From Chlorokybus atmophyticus (lineage: Eukaryota; Plantae; Mesostigma and Chlorokybus algae), in contig RHPI01000193.1 in assembly GCA_009103225.1 (NCBI GenBank), positions 287,612 through 351,611 of the forward strand: a stretch of DNA of 64,000 nt, written 5' to 3'. The translations under genes were made by a program, and so were the position numbers. Shown here piece by piece: positions 27,135 through 38,050 of the stretch (position 1 is its first letter; each line of letters opens with the position of its first letter). The notes below the pieces were generated by a model. It made no database searches and was not told where the DNA came from. It saw only the letters and a list, made by a program, of their open reading frames with translations.

Positions 27135-29898
27135 TTACTTGCTCCAGAGTCCCGACATCGAGATGTGGACCCCCTCGACGCTTTTCCCATTCCAGAGCGA
27201 TGCACTTTGTGTTGCTCGTTTAACCAGCTTTGTGTACCAGCGGATAAACACGACCTCCTTCCACACGCGCTCGCCGCTACCACCCCACACCACCACGCGC
27301 AAAAACAGGAGTGCCTGAGCCCACCACGTCACGTTCACACCGTCCTCATCACCTTCCAACTCAAGTGTAGAGAACCAAGGCCGCCCATGGAACATCCCAA
27401 TCGCGCGCGCCATGCTGACTCCTGATGTCATGTACACCACTGCGCCTCCGTTCACCACGCGAGCAGCATGCCACCCGTCGGCCAACTCCAGTGGTTCCCT
27501 CCTCAACCAGTTGTTCAGGGTGGCAGGCAGCTTGTCGGCGAATGGAGTCTGCAGGGCGATTTGGCGGCTACGCGCAGATCTGCTCCAATACGGGCTGGAC
27601 TCCCTCCTTGTCAGCACATCCACCCGTAGCAACTTGTCCGTCTTCTTTATTACATTACAGCACTGCTGCCGCGCCTGCGCCATGAACGAGCGCATCTCGG
27701 GATCCACGATCATGCCATCCTCTCTCATATATGTCGCACAGCTCCATGCCTTCAGGATACGCGCATGGTAGTCTCGGTTGTTGCCACCACACGCCCACTG
27801 TTTGATATTTTGGGGGTGCGTTTGCTTCATGCGGTTGGCGCTGAACCAATCTGGGTGTTCATTGCTAACAATTGCCGGCCCAAAATGAGTGAGCTGATGC
27901 ATCTTCTTGATCTTCCAAGCTGACTTCTGTGCAGAATATGACGATATTAGCGGATGCAACACTGCAGCTTTGAAGGCAGCCAGCTCGTTATCGGCTGTCG
28001 TTAGGGTCTCTCTTGTGTGTTCACGCGCCTTGAGCAACTTCTTGTTCCACTGGGCAAGCGATGCGGCAGCAATGATGAAAAAATCGTTGCAGTGTCGTAC
28101 ACAACAGCAAGCAGGTGGTCAATGTTGCCTCCCAGCACATGCATTGCGTCAGGGGCAAAACGAGAGTAGCAGTCAGCTCCCGGCACCTGCGACTGTCGCC
28201 AACCCACAGTGCAATCTGTTGCCAAACCACATTGCCTGGTTTCACGGAAAGGAATGGATGGTTCATCCTCACGAATGCCGGTAATCTGACCATTACCTCC
28301 TCGACATGCATGGAGTGCTGCTCTTTGAAAGCCATGGTTGTCTGGCGTGCATTCCTAACACCGCTATGCAGGTCCGACCGCAGCTGATGTATTGCTGGTG
28401 TGTAGAAAGCCTCGGCCAATTCTCGGTCCTCATCAATCTTCAACAAATCTGATTTGATGACGAGACAAACATTGCAAGGATGTCGTATTTGGTTGCCTGG
28501 CACAGTGCGTGCGAGTGTGGCAGTCTTCTGCAACACGACAAACTCAGATGCTCCACTGACAACATCATCCATGCACTGTTTGCCAGCAGGCTGCAGCCGG
28601 TTACAACCATGCATGCCACTACCTGCCAGTCGCTGATGTAGTTGGCAAGCGCGGGAAACACACGACGCTCGATGCCATTTGAGATGAGCTGCCCAAACCT
28701 TCCCAGCTCGCCCGCTTCACATCCCCTAACACTACGTTCAAAGCGTCATGAAAAATCTCACGTTTTCGAATTGAGAACGATTCCTTGCCCTGCGCCCAAG
28801 TGGGATGCTTGGCCACTGCGTGAACCACCGGCAGAAGTGCTGTCATAACAACCCCCATGTTGCTAGCATACATGTCCCAACTGTAGTTGGCCGGCGATGC
28901 CGTCAGAGGGTAGCCAGAGCGCTTGCCCGCGCTGTCCAGCGTAATCTTGTCACTGTACAGAACGGCAGGCGCCAAGTAGGACGCTTCCCCCACCTCTCTC
29001 CTTAAATCCACATCCACATCCTTCCACCAATCGTCCGTGGAATGATGGCCAAAGCAGTGCTCGTCACCACTGTATTGGAGATTGAAGCCATTAGCGGCAT
29101 GTGGATTGCCAAACAACCGCGCGAGCCATACCTGCTCCGACCAAGAGCATTAACAGACATGCTGGCCTCAGAATAGATACTACATCGATACTGCATTAGA
29201 TATTGCATTTCACAGACCTTGGGCCTGCATATATGTGACGCTGATGTCCTGATCCTCAGGGTCTCTAGGCCTGTGCAGGTTAGCTGTTACGTAATTTCGA
29301 TACGGCAGCACACTCGCATGTGCATATGTGACATTCTCTGATGGTTGAAGCACATGCACCGCATACCGTGAACACACCTCAGACTGAGAGAAAGCAAGTG
29401 TGGTCGAAAGTAGCTGGCCATATGCACACCGGTCTCTCAATGGAGCTCTTCCGTCGGGATGTGTGCATTTCAGATGCACTTGTTAATCCGCCCCATGTCG
29501 GAGGCCGACAGGCCTTGGCCGTTGTTGCACTGCACAAATGCCACTGCAAGAGCATGCTCCGAGCCATACCACCTAGATTTCGATGCGTGCGAAGGGACGC
29601 CTCCACTTCCATGTTGGCGTGCCACAGGTTTCTCAGGCACACGCACACATCGAAAGCCCTCGTTCACTTCCTCCTCCTCCTGTTGCTGCTGTGCGTGTGT
29701 CTCATGGAAGAATCCTTCAGCATCATGCATGTGCGCATCCGAGATCGCACTCCCCTCAACATGACCCGCATCGTACTGTAACGGATGCTGGCCGACATAC
29801 AGCTTGATTCGCTTGCACACCCTGCTGCTAACAATGTGCATGTAGACCGAGCTGCGTGTGGCGAAGCGCATGTGGCAATACGGACAAAGGACTCCCAT
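27135..29898 (-). pseudogene. Plavaka-type (EnSpm/CACTA-related) transposase with N-terminal C2H2-like finger, intron-containing and frameshifted
   Basis: CPYCHMRF..MHIV..C at the N-terminus; HHSTDDWWKDV..LAPAVLYSDKITLDSAGKRSGYPLTASPAN..IFHDALNVVL; (F)PRLANYISDW; KIKKMHQLTHFGPAI..HPQNIKQW..GNNR; MFHGRPWFSTLEL..WWAQALLFL..VFIRWY. These match the pattern of Plavaka transposases (PF18759) from memory. Confidence 0.8.
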
Positions 29899-30043
29899 AG
29901 CTCACTACTGACGTCGACACAGGCGTCGCCAATGTAGCCTGCATCATATCCAGCAACACGCACAGCCGCCGCCGCCGCCGCCACCGCCACCGCTACCCTT
30001 GCATGCCAGAGGCGGGAAACTTGGCCGCCATTCACTGGCCTCG

Positions 30044-30200
30044 TCGTACCATTACTATGGTACGATCGAGCCATTGCACGTCCAGGGTGAGTCTCTGCAT
30101 AAATATCCTAATTGAACCGCTTCAATGGTACGAAGATGCCTTTGCCCAAAGGTACCATTGAAATGGTACCTTTGTACGGTGGCAATTCGTACCATTGACA
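30044..30200. promoter_or_regulatory. GTACCAT/ATGGTAC motif cluster 3 (putative divergent promoter of the transposase and cargo gene F)
   Basis: 7 GTAC cores, 6 of them in GTACCA/TGGTAC context (30046, 30058, 30126, 30152, 30164, 30189). Confidence 0.6.
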
Positions 30201-30353
30201 AGTCTGGCAATGCCAGTCCCTGCGCATAAAAACACCATTGATAGCTCCGCCAAGCTATGCCCTTACATGGCAGTGATGCCGAGGGTATGTGGCGTTCGTG
30301 GATCGTTGGCGGCGCTGCCAGGGGCGTAGTGGGCACTGTGGTCGAGGTCCGGG

Positions 30354-31250
30354 ATGAAGTCCATCTTTGCACAGGGCGGGCAAGGTGCTGGTGGGGTGTC
30401 CAAGGTGTTAAACCCCACCATGCCTACCAAGGGCACAGCCAATGACAACAGTGACTCGGGCGATATCGTACAGGGCTCCCCCTCAAAGTGGGCAAAGGCA
30501 CACCACAATACTGCCTCTAAGAACATCCGACCCACTAGCAGCTGCGACCACGGCAACATGACTGAAGGGACCAAACAAGACTGACATAACCAAGGTGGGA
30601 TACGAGCACTGTCAATGCCACATGCTAGGGTTCTTTTATCTTGCACATGCACAGCCTCAAGTATCTTGCACATGACATATACTGTCAATACCACATGCAC
30701 ACCCTCATGCACAGCCTCCAGTGTCATGCACACGAACAGCATGACCAATCCCGCAATGCACAGCCTATTTCTATTTGCGGGAGCTTACAAGTTGCAAAAG
30801 AGAAGCTGTGGAGTACCACGAACGGGTAATCCATGATCTAGTTTAATGTTTCCAGCGGCAATTAAGCAGTATGCTTGCAAATTGCCATGTTGGTCAGAGT
30901 GAACCGAGAGCAGCGCGGCAGACTGACTGTCTGCCTGGCGGAGTGCAACAAAGTGGAAGACGGCGTAAGCATGTGTATGCTGATGGGCTAGTCCTCTGGC
31001 AGCACGCCACTCTTACAGCATTACCAAATGCAGGTGGTCACTCTTAAAGCGACCATCAAGCGCATGCGCGTGCACGGCGAGGCGCTGACATTCAAGATGA
31101 AGGACGAAGTAGCCGCTGTACTGTAAGCGAGGCAGCAGATGAAGATGACTCCGATGTTGAAGCAGAAGACTTGTCGGAGGAGGAACAGGAGGAGGGGGTT
31201 TGAGGAGGATTTCTGAGGCAGGCACCATGGGTTGACAAGCTGCGCATGAG
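30354..31250 (+). pseudogene. Unknown multi-exon gene (cargo gene F), degraded
   Basis: Low-complexity first exon MKSIFAQGG.., donors aag|gtggg (~30595) and ggc|gtaagc (~30965), last block HYQMQVVTLKATIKRMRVHGEALTFKMKDEV, then an acidic tail; several stops. Confidence 0.4.
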
Positions 31251-31869
31251 TGCGACAGCTAGACTCAATGTTATAGGGTAGTTTCATGCGCAAGTCGGCT
31301 GCTCAGTTGCAAGTGCACATACTCTCACCACTGCCGGTACATTGTATATATTGTGGGCTTATAGGTGCAAGACCAAACAATTAGTCTAAGGTTGTACAAG
31401 CTGCATGGCGTGTTAGTGTTGGCTTATGGCAAGAGTTGCCAACTTTTGTCAAACGGTAAGGTAAGCTTTTCACCCCAATTTAAGGTAAACTGTAAAAGAC
31501 CAGAAAGGGCGAATAACGGGACTTGAACCCGTATTTTCAGAATTAAAATTGACGATTATGCAACCTGCTGCATCGAGTGGGGCGCAGTGCGGCAAATTAC
31601 CCCCTAATCTAACCTCTGTTACGGAAAAGTAATCTATTGATTCGGGGTAATCGCTGCAGAAGATTAAGGCTAATCATTTCGATTAGCGGGTTGCCCATCT
31701 ACAGATTACCCCCCTACTCGATTTCTCTATTTCTCTTACGATAATAGATTTCGATTAGGGGGTTATCGGTTACATATTAACAGCAGAGTAACGGCAAAGA
31801 AAGTGCCGGCTATTGCTGTCAGCTGTCCGTAACTACCGGCTAACGGCCGTCTGTGCACATCGACCAAAT

Positions 31870-32541
31870 TGTGACGGTGCTCGTGCCTTGTTACCGGTGA
31901 GTTGGTCCAATCCACAACCCTCTCACCAAGACACGGTATTCGCACCGGAACCTTGCCCCCTCTGCCAAGCACACACGCGCGCCCCGCCACTCGCGTACGC
32001 ACGCGCATGCGCTCGAAGCTACACACCGACTTGTGTAGCGCCTTGGATCGTCACACAAGCAAGCACACACCGGTGGGCACACGCTAGCAACCCCTGCTAA
32101 CCACCACCAAGCTTGCACACCAGAAACTAGGGAGCTAAAGGTTGTATTGCAAATTGTAGAATGTCACTTTTATACCTACCAGTCTGCACATGCTACTGTC
32201 TAGACGATTCTAGCGCTAGACGGAACTAGAAGCTAAGATATTCTTGCAGAATCTTGTAGTACACTTCTAGACCTTTCCAACGCACCAAAGATCTCCTACT
32301 TTGCTGCTCATATGGTCAAGTTATACTACTTGGCGCCAGGCCCTTCCAGAAATCTGGTCGAGCCCTTCTCGACTGGCCCTCCGTTTTCTGGCACCTTCCG
32401 GACTGGTCTTGGGGCCCCGGTCGATATCCGCGGCAGACTCATAACTCGCCGATATCCGCCACAAGTCATTAAAAACATGTACCTTACAAATAAGGCCTAA
32501 AACGGCCATGAAAATCACAGAATTTGGCCTTGACTGTTACA
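31870..32541 (-). repeat. 3' LTR of element 2
   Basis: Near-identical to 36522-37193. Confidence 0.97.
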
Positions 32542-35420
32542 CTCCTCCCCCCCCAGGTGAGCTTCGTCCTCGAAGCTCGCGAGGTTGTCGTCGAGCAAGA
32601 TAGGCACGCACAACGTCTTGAGCATTAGTTAAGTGTGCCTCTGGCTCCCAGGATGCTTCATGCAACGGATAGCCCTTCCATTTCACTAAGAACTTGCGTA
32701 CGCCATGCACAAACTTCTCACTAAGGATGTCTTCTACCACCCACTCGGGTTCACCGTCCGTGCCAACTTCGGGGGGTGGCCTTTCTGGCGGTTGTCCTCG
32801 ATATGCTTTCAGAAGGGAGACGTGAAAAACGGGGTGCACACGCATGGTGTCGGGTAGCTCCAACTTGTACGCCACGTCCGAGATAACTTTGCTGACCTTA
32901 AATGGTCCCAACCAGCGTTCATTCAGCTTGCGAACTCCCGTACGCACCTGGACGTGCTTCGCGGAGAGTAACACAATGTCGCCNNNNNNNNNNNNNNNNN
33001 NNNNNNNNNNNNNNNNNNNNNNNNNNNNNNNNNNNNNNNNNNNNNNNNNNNNNNNNNNNNNNNNNNNNNNNNNNNNNNNNNNNNNNNNNNNNNNNNNNNN
33101 NNNNNNNNNNNNNNNNNNNNNNNNNNNNNNNNNNNNNNNNNNNNNNNNNNNNNNNNNNNNNNNNNNNNNNNNNNNNNNNNNNNNNNNNNNNNNNNNNNNN
33201 NNNNNNNNNNNNNNNNNNNNNNNNNNNNNNNNNNNNNNNNNNNNNNNNNNNNNNNNNNNNNNNNTGCCGAATCTGGTCGGTCCACTCGGGCTGCACTTGA
33301 GCGAGTGCCTCAATTGCATTAAGCCGGCTCAGCGCGTCAGCAACACCATTTGACGTACCGGGCTTGTACTTGATATCGAAGTTAAAAAGTTGAAAGAACT
33401 CAAGCCATCGAGCTTGTCTGCGACTCAGATGAGGTTGTGTTTATAAGTACCTCAGTGGAGAGTGATCCGTCTCAAGCACGAACGTTTTGCCTTCCAAAAA
33501 ACAACGCCATTGTCGTAGCGCCATGACTTGCGCTAAAAGTTCCTTCTCGTGCACGGGGTAATTCAGCTCCGCACCACTCATCTTTTTGCTGAAGAATGCT
33601 ACTGGTTGAAGGCCGTTGCCATGGTCTTGCTGCAAAACAGCTCCTACGGCTGTGTCGGACGCGTCGCAAGCCAAAATAAATGTCTTTTCCATGTTGGGGT
33701 GAGCCAGGACTGGTGCCTCCGTCAGCGCCTTCTTCAACGCAGCAAATGCATGTTCCTCTGTTGCTGACCAGCTCCAATGCTTTCCCTTCTTCAGTAGGGC
33801 AGTCAAGGGAGCAGCTATGCGCGAAAACCCCATGATAAACTTGCGATAATACCCCGCAAGGCCTAAAAAGGACATCACCTCCTTTACATTGGTCGGGGCA
33901 GCCCACTCGCGCACCACCTGCACTTTGTTGGGGTCCGGCTTGATGCCTTCATGCGACACAATGTGGCCTAGGTACTCCACCTCTCGAAGCAAGAATTTGC
34001 ACTTCTGTAGCTGGGCGTACAACTTGTGTTCGCGCAAACGCTGCAACACGCGCCGTAGAAGTGCCACGTGCTCCTCCTTTGTTGTCGCGTACACCAAAAT
34101 GTCGTCGAGGTACACGAGGACTCCCTTACCAAGCAAGTCAGCAAAAACGCTGTTCATAAGCGTTTTAAATGTTGCCGGTGCGTTCGTAAGTCCGAAGGAC
34201 ATGACCAACCACTCGTAGTGCCCATAACGTGTGTTAAAAGCTGTTTTCTCCACATCCTCGGGCGCGATGCGAATTTGGTGATAACCTCCAGCAAGATCAA
34301 GTGTTGTGAAGTACTGCGCACCTTGCAATTGCTCCAGCAACTCGTCGATACGTGGGAGTGGAAAGCAATTCCTCTTCGTGATGTTGTTGAGAGCTCGGTA
34401 GTCGACGCACATGCGCAAGCTCCCGTTCTTCTTTCGTACAAACAAAATAGGTGCACCATAGGGGGACTTACTAGGCCTGATGTAGCCTCTTTCCAGCAAG
34501 TCCGCCACCTGCCTCTCGGCCTCTTCCAGTTCCAAAGGTGACAACTTGTATACGGGTCGATACGGTGGCTTGTGCACGCCCTCAATCAGCTCCACACGGT
34601 GGTCTACGCTCCGTGGAGGTGGTAGACCAGATGGAAGTCCGTCCACCATGATATCTTGGTATTCTTTAACAAGTTTACACACCTCGGGGTCCATAGTAGC
34701 CGTCTGAACATCGTCACTCAGCTCCGGTGCTGACTTTGCAGTGTTTTCGCGCACCACGCACAACCATGCAGCCTTTGCCTTCCGTGGAGACAATAACTTC
34801 CTCAATTGCACATAAGAGATCTGGGCAATTGTCGTACCACCTAATTGTGCGTGCCGCGCCTCGATGATGTCCGATGCAGCTTGAATGGACTCTCCACCGT
34901 TTCGCTCGATGGTGAGCACGCGCTTCCTCCAATTGATTGCTGGATTATGTTACCATAGCCACGGTAGTCCCAAAATCCCATCCAACCCGTTCCTTAGGGT
35001 GATGCACCAAAATCGCATGCTCTCCTTCATCTTCCCAATGCGAACGCACAACTCTTTGGTCATAAACGCAGCGCCATCACCTCCAGAGGGTGGCTCTCCA
35101 TCAGCGAGCTTCACTTCACCTCCTCGTAATGACGAAAGCCAACCGTAACGCCGCGCGATATCAATACTCATGAAGTTGCTGTTGGCACCGCTATCAATCA
35201 TGAGCTTACACTCTCTCCATCGTCCTTGGTCATCGCAAATGTGTGCTCGAAGCCCGAAGTACTTTGTTGTCTCCTCTTTTGCATAACTGACCACCGTTGG
35301 CGCGTTCATAGCCATCTCCTCTTGCTTCTTTAATGGAAACGTCACAGCATCCATCCGTGCATGAGGCTCCTTCCTATCCCCAGCAGTTGCCTCCTCACCT
35401 ACTGGGGGAAGTCGTTTTCC
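32537..35420 (-). pseudogene. pol: pol of element 2 (PR-RT-RH-INT-chromo); in-frame TAA at 34950 and 33441; integrase partly in a gap
   Basis: LMIDSGANSNFM; VYLDDILVY; ILACDASDTAVGAVLQQ; WVVEDILSEKFVHGVRKFLVKWKGYP..ASWEPE. Confidence 0.95.
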
Positions 35421-36427
35421 TGCTCCACGCCATTTTGCTCCATGGTGTTGACGCGACGATCACGGCGAGGGTTGCCATCCGGTGTTGGCCTTTGCGTGCT
35501 TCGCTTGGGGCATCCGAACGCCAAATGCTCCGTCGACCCACACGCATAACACTTGCGCACACCTTTACCTCTTTCACCACGTCCGCCGTGCTTCGCCTCA
35601 CTTCCATGTGTGTGTATGGCACCCACCTGCATTGGTGCAGGCCCAGATTCAGCTCCACCTCCATTTCCAAGTGCTAAACTTGGTTCTCCTCGTCTCCATG
35701 CATGTTGAACGCCTCCCCGGGGCTGATCATCACGCCTTTGCCTCCAGTCAGTGTTTCTTGTGGTGGACTTGAAGTACAACGCGTCGAGACGCTCCGCGAT
35801 GCGTATAGCCTCCGCGAGTGTCTTCGGGTCCCGTAGCTCCACTTCTTTACGCCCGAAAGGTTTTAAACCACGTGTATACCTGTCCAACTGCTCCTCCTCG
35901 GTCATATTGGGTATGGACATCACCAATCGCTGAAACGCGGCCGTGTACGCCATCACCGACCCCATTTGCACAAGGGCTGCAAGTTTGTCGCGTGCGGCCT
36001 TCACGCTCTCAACGGGAACAAATTGATGCCTGACCTCCAGTGCCAACTCTTCCATGGTGGTCAATGGTAGCGCCAACCCGTTTGCAACACGCGTACATCG
36101 ATGCCTCCACCACACAAGTGCTGCACCTTCAAGCAATGTCGCTGCAACCTCCACGTGCAGATGCGTGGGCACCTCCGTGAGCTTCAACCAAGACGATACT
36201 TGAAAATTCCATTCATCCACTGCATCTCCATCACGTTGACTCTTGAATGGCTTAGGCTTTGGCACCTTCACATGCACGCGCGAGCTTGATGCCATGGGAA
36301 TTTGTACACGCGCCATCGCATGCTCATACGCCTCGCGTTGTGCTTGTGCCGCCGCTTGAGTGTGATGAAGCTCTTCCCTCAGTGCCAAGATGGCAGCTTG
36401 AAGCTCTTCCATGCGAGCATCCTCCAT
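35399..36427 (-). CDS. gag: Intact gag of element 2 with CCHC zinc knuckle
   Basis: Open frame MEDARMEE..KVPKPKPFKSQRDGD..CYACGSTEHLAFGC..FPQ*. Confidence 0.93.
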   Translation of the reverse strand: MEDARMEELQAAILALREELHHTQAAAQAQREAYEHAMARVQIPMASSSRVHVKVPKPKPFKSQRDGDAVDEWNFQVSSWLKLTEVPTHLHVEVAATLLEGAALVWWRHRCTRVANGLALPLTTMEELALEVRHQFVPVESVKAARDKLAALVQMGSVMAYTAAFQRLVMSIPNMTEEEQLDRYTRGLKPFGRKEVELRDPKTLAEAIRIAERLDALYFKSTTRNTDWRQRRDDQPRGGVQHAWRRGEPSLALGNGGGAESGPAPMQVGAIHTHGSEAKHGGRGERGKGVRKCYACGSTEHLAFGCPKRSTQRPTPDGNPRRDRRVNTMEQNGVEQENDFPQ

Positions 36428-36521
36428 CTCCACTAACACACTACACTCCGCTTCCGAATGAAAAGTGTAAACGCCCACACACTTCCTCTCTCACCTTCGT
36501 AAACCGTGCTCCGATACCAGT

Positions 36522-37193
36522 TGTGACGGTGCTCGTGCCTTGTTACCGGTGAGTTGGTCCAATCCACAACCCTCTCACCAAGACACGGCATTTGCACCGG
36601 AACCTTGCCCCCTCTGCCAAGCACACACGCGCGCCCCGCCACTCGCGTACGCACGCGCATGCGCTCGAAGCTACACACCGACTTGTGTAGCGCCTTGGAT
36701 CGTCACACAAGCAAGCACACACCGGTGGACACACGCTAGCAACCCCTGCTAACCACCACCAAGCTTGCACACAAGAAACTAGGGAGCTAAAGGTTGTATT
36801 GCAAATTGTAGAATGTCACTTTTATACCTACCAGTCTGCACATGCTACTGTCTAGACGATTCTAGCGCTAGACGGAACTAGAAGCTAAGATATTCTTGCA
36901 GAATCTTGTAGTACACTTCTAGACCTTTCCAACGCACCAAAGATCTCCTACTTTGCTGCTCATATGGTCAAGTTATACTACTTGGCGCCAGGCCCTTCCA
37001 GAAATCTGGTCGAGCCCTTCTCGACTGGCCCTCCGTTTTCTGGCACCTTCCGGACTGGTCTTGGGGCCCCGGTCGATATCCGCGGCAGACTCATAACTCG
37101 TCGATATCCGCCACAAGTCATTAAAAACATGTACCTTACAAATAAGGCCTAAAACGGCCATGAAAATCACAGAATTTGGCCTTGACTGTTACA
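36522..37193 (-). repeat. 5' LTR of element 2
   Basis: Followed on the minus strand by the PBS. Confidence 0.97.
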
Positions 37194-37849
37194 CAAATGG
37201 TAACTGGTTGACAACTCTTGGCCGGTTAGTGCCACTGAAAACCACTTTCGACCCGCGGCCGTATGCGGCAGTCCACTCAAGCCAATGGCAAACCCAACAG
37301 TCCAAAAGTAACATTTTAGGCAGGCTCAGGCACCCGTCAGTCCCTCAGTCCTTAGCCAGTCACCGTGTAGAATTTGCAACGAGGCGGGTGCGTGCCAACA
37401 ACAATGGAAAGGGAGGACGACGACGACAACAACAACAATAACACCGACACCAGCAGCAATGAAGACAACAGAGAGACAGACACGCCCTAGCATGCTTAAT
37501 ACTGAGCATTACAGCAGCCGCACATCTCAATTAGTCCTGCAAGCTGCAGCTGAAGCTATGTGGATCTAGGTTTAGACTACTTGACAGAAGAAACGCATGA
37601 ATGCGTGAATACATTACACGATGGGTGCCAACAGGCGTTTGTGGTGTGAAGTGTCATGTGCTACCCTACTTTAAACACAATTATACAGTAGGCTGTACAC
37701 GAGCAATGTTCTCAAGCGCTACACATGTTGTCTAGCGTGTACACGGAAGGAGGGGGTTGCGTGCAATGCAGTCGCAGCTAGAACCATAATGGATGTGGCC
37801 TGCGCGCGCTGGAATGTGATAGATATGCGCTGGCGGAAGGCAGTCACTA

Positions 37850-38050
37850 GCGTGATAAATTCTGCGTCTCCAACTTACGAGAATCCAACGTTTGGCGCGC
37901 ACAAGTGGCCAACAAGTCCATCAACGGGCGACCCATCCAACCGTGCGACTCGATTGGCAATGGGATCAGCGTGTCTGACGGCAATAGTCCGAGTACGTTG
38001 TGTTTTGTTAAAAACTCAGCTCCTGCCCAAAGCTTGCTGATGAATGAGGG
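37850..38050 (-). pseudogene. Possible 3' fragment of a non-LTR retrotransposon (restriction-like endonuclease C-terminus, CRE/R2-like)
   Basis: ..KHNVLGLLPSDTLIPLPIESHGWMGRPLMDLLATCARQ.. resembles the F/L-x-P-L-x-x-E-[ST]-x-G-x-x-G..L..LAR motif of REL domains. Confidence 0.45.

Larger units (their letters stand above)
17600..31770. mobile_element. Putative giant multi-gene Plavaka-type (EnSpm/CACTA-related) DNA transposon with cargo genes; boundaries approximate
   Basis: Contains a Plavaka-like transposase and 4 other similarly decayed genes. All putative promoters share a GTACCAT motif cluster. Repeat-rich regions lie at both flanks. No clean TIR/TSD was identified. Confidence 0.55.
31870..37193 (-). 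mobile_element. Full-length Ty3/gypsy chromovirus (element 2), recent insertion, related to element 1
   Basis: 672-bp LTRs 31870-32541 and 36522-37193, differing at ~5 positions by eye. TSD CAAAT (31865-69, 37194-98), PBS TGGTATCGGAGC (36519-36508), PPT GGGGGGGGAGGAG (32554-32542). Confidence 0.98.

Noticed and set aside
17600-31770. Endogenous giant virus or Polinton as the source of the MTase region
   Set aside because: No capsid, packaging ATPase, pPolB or other NCLDV/Polinton core genes were seen; genes contain spliceosomal introns and a Plavaka-like transposase is present. A viral origin of the MTase domain itself remains possible.
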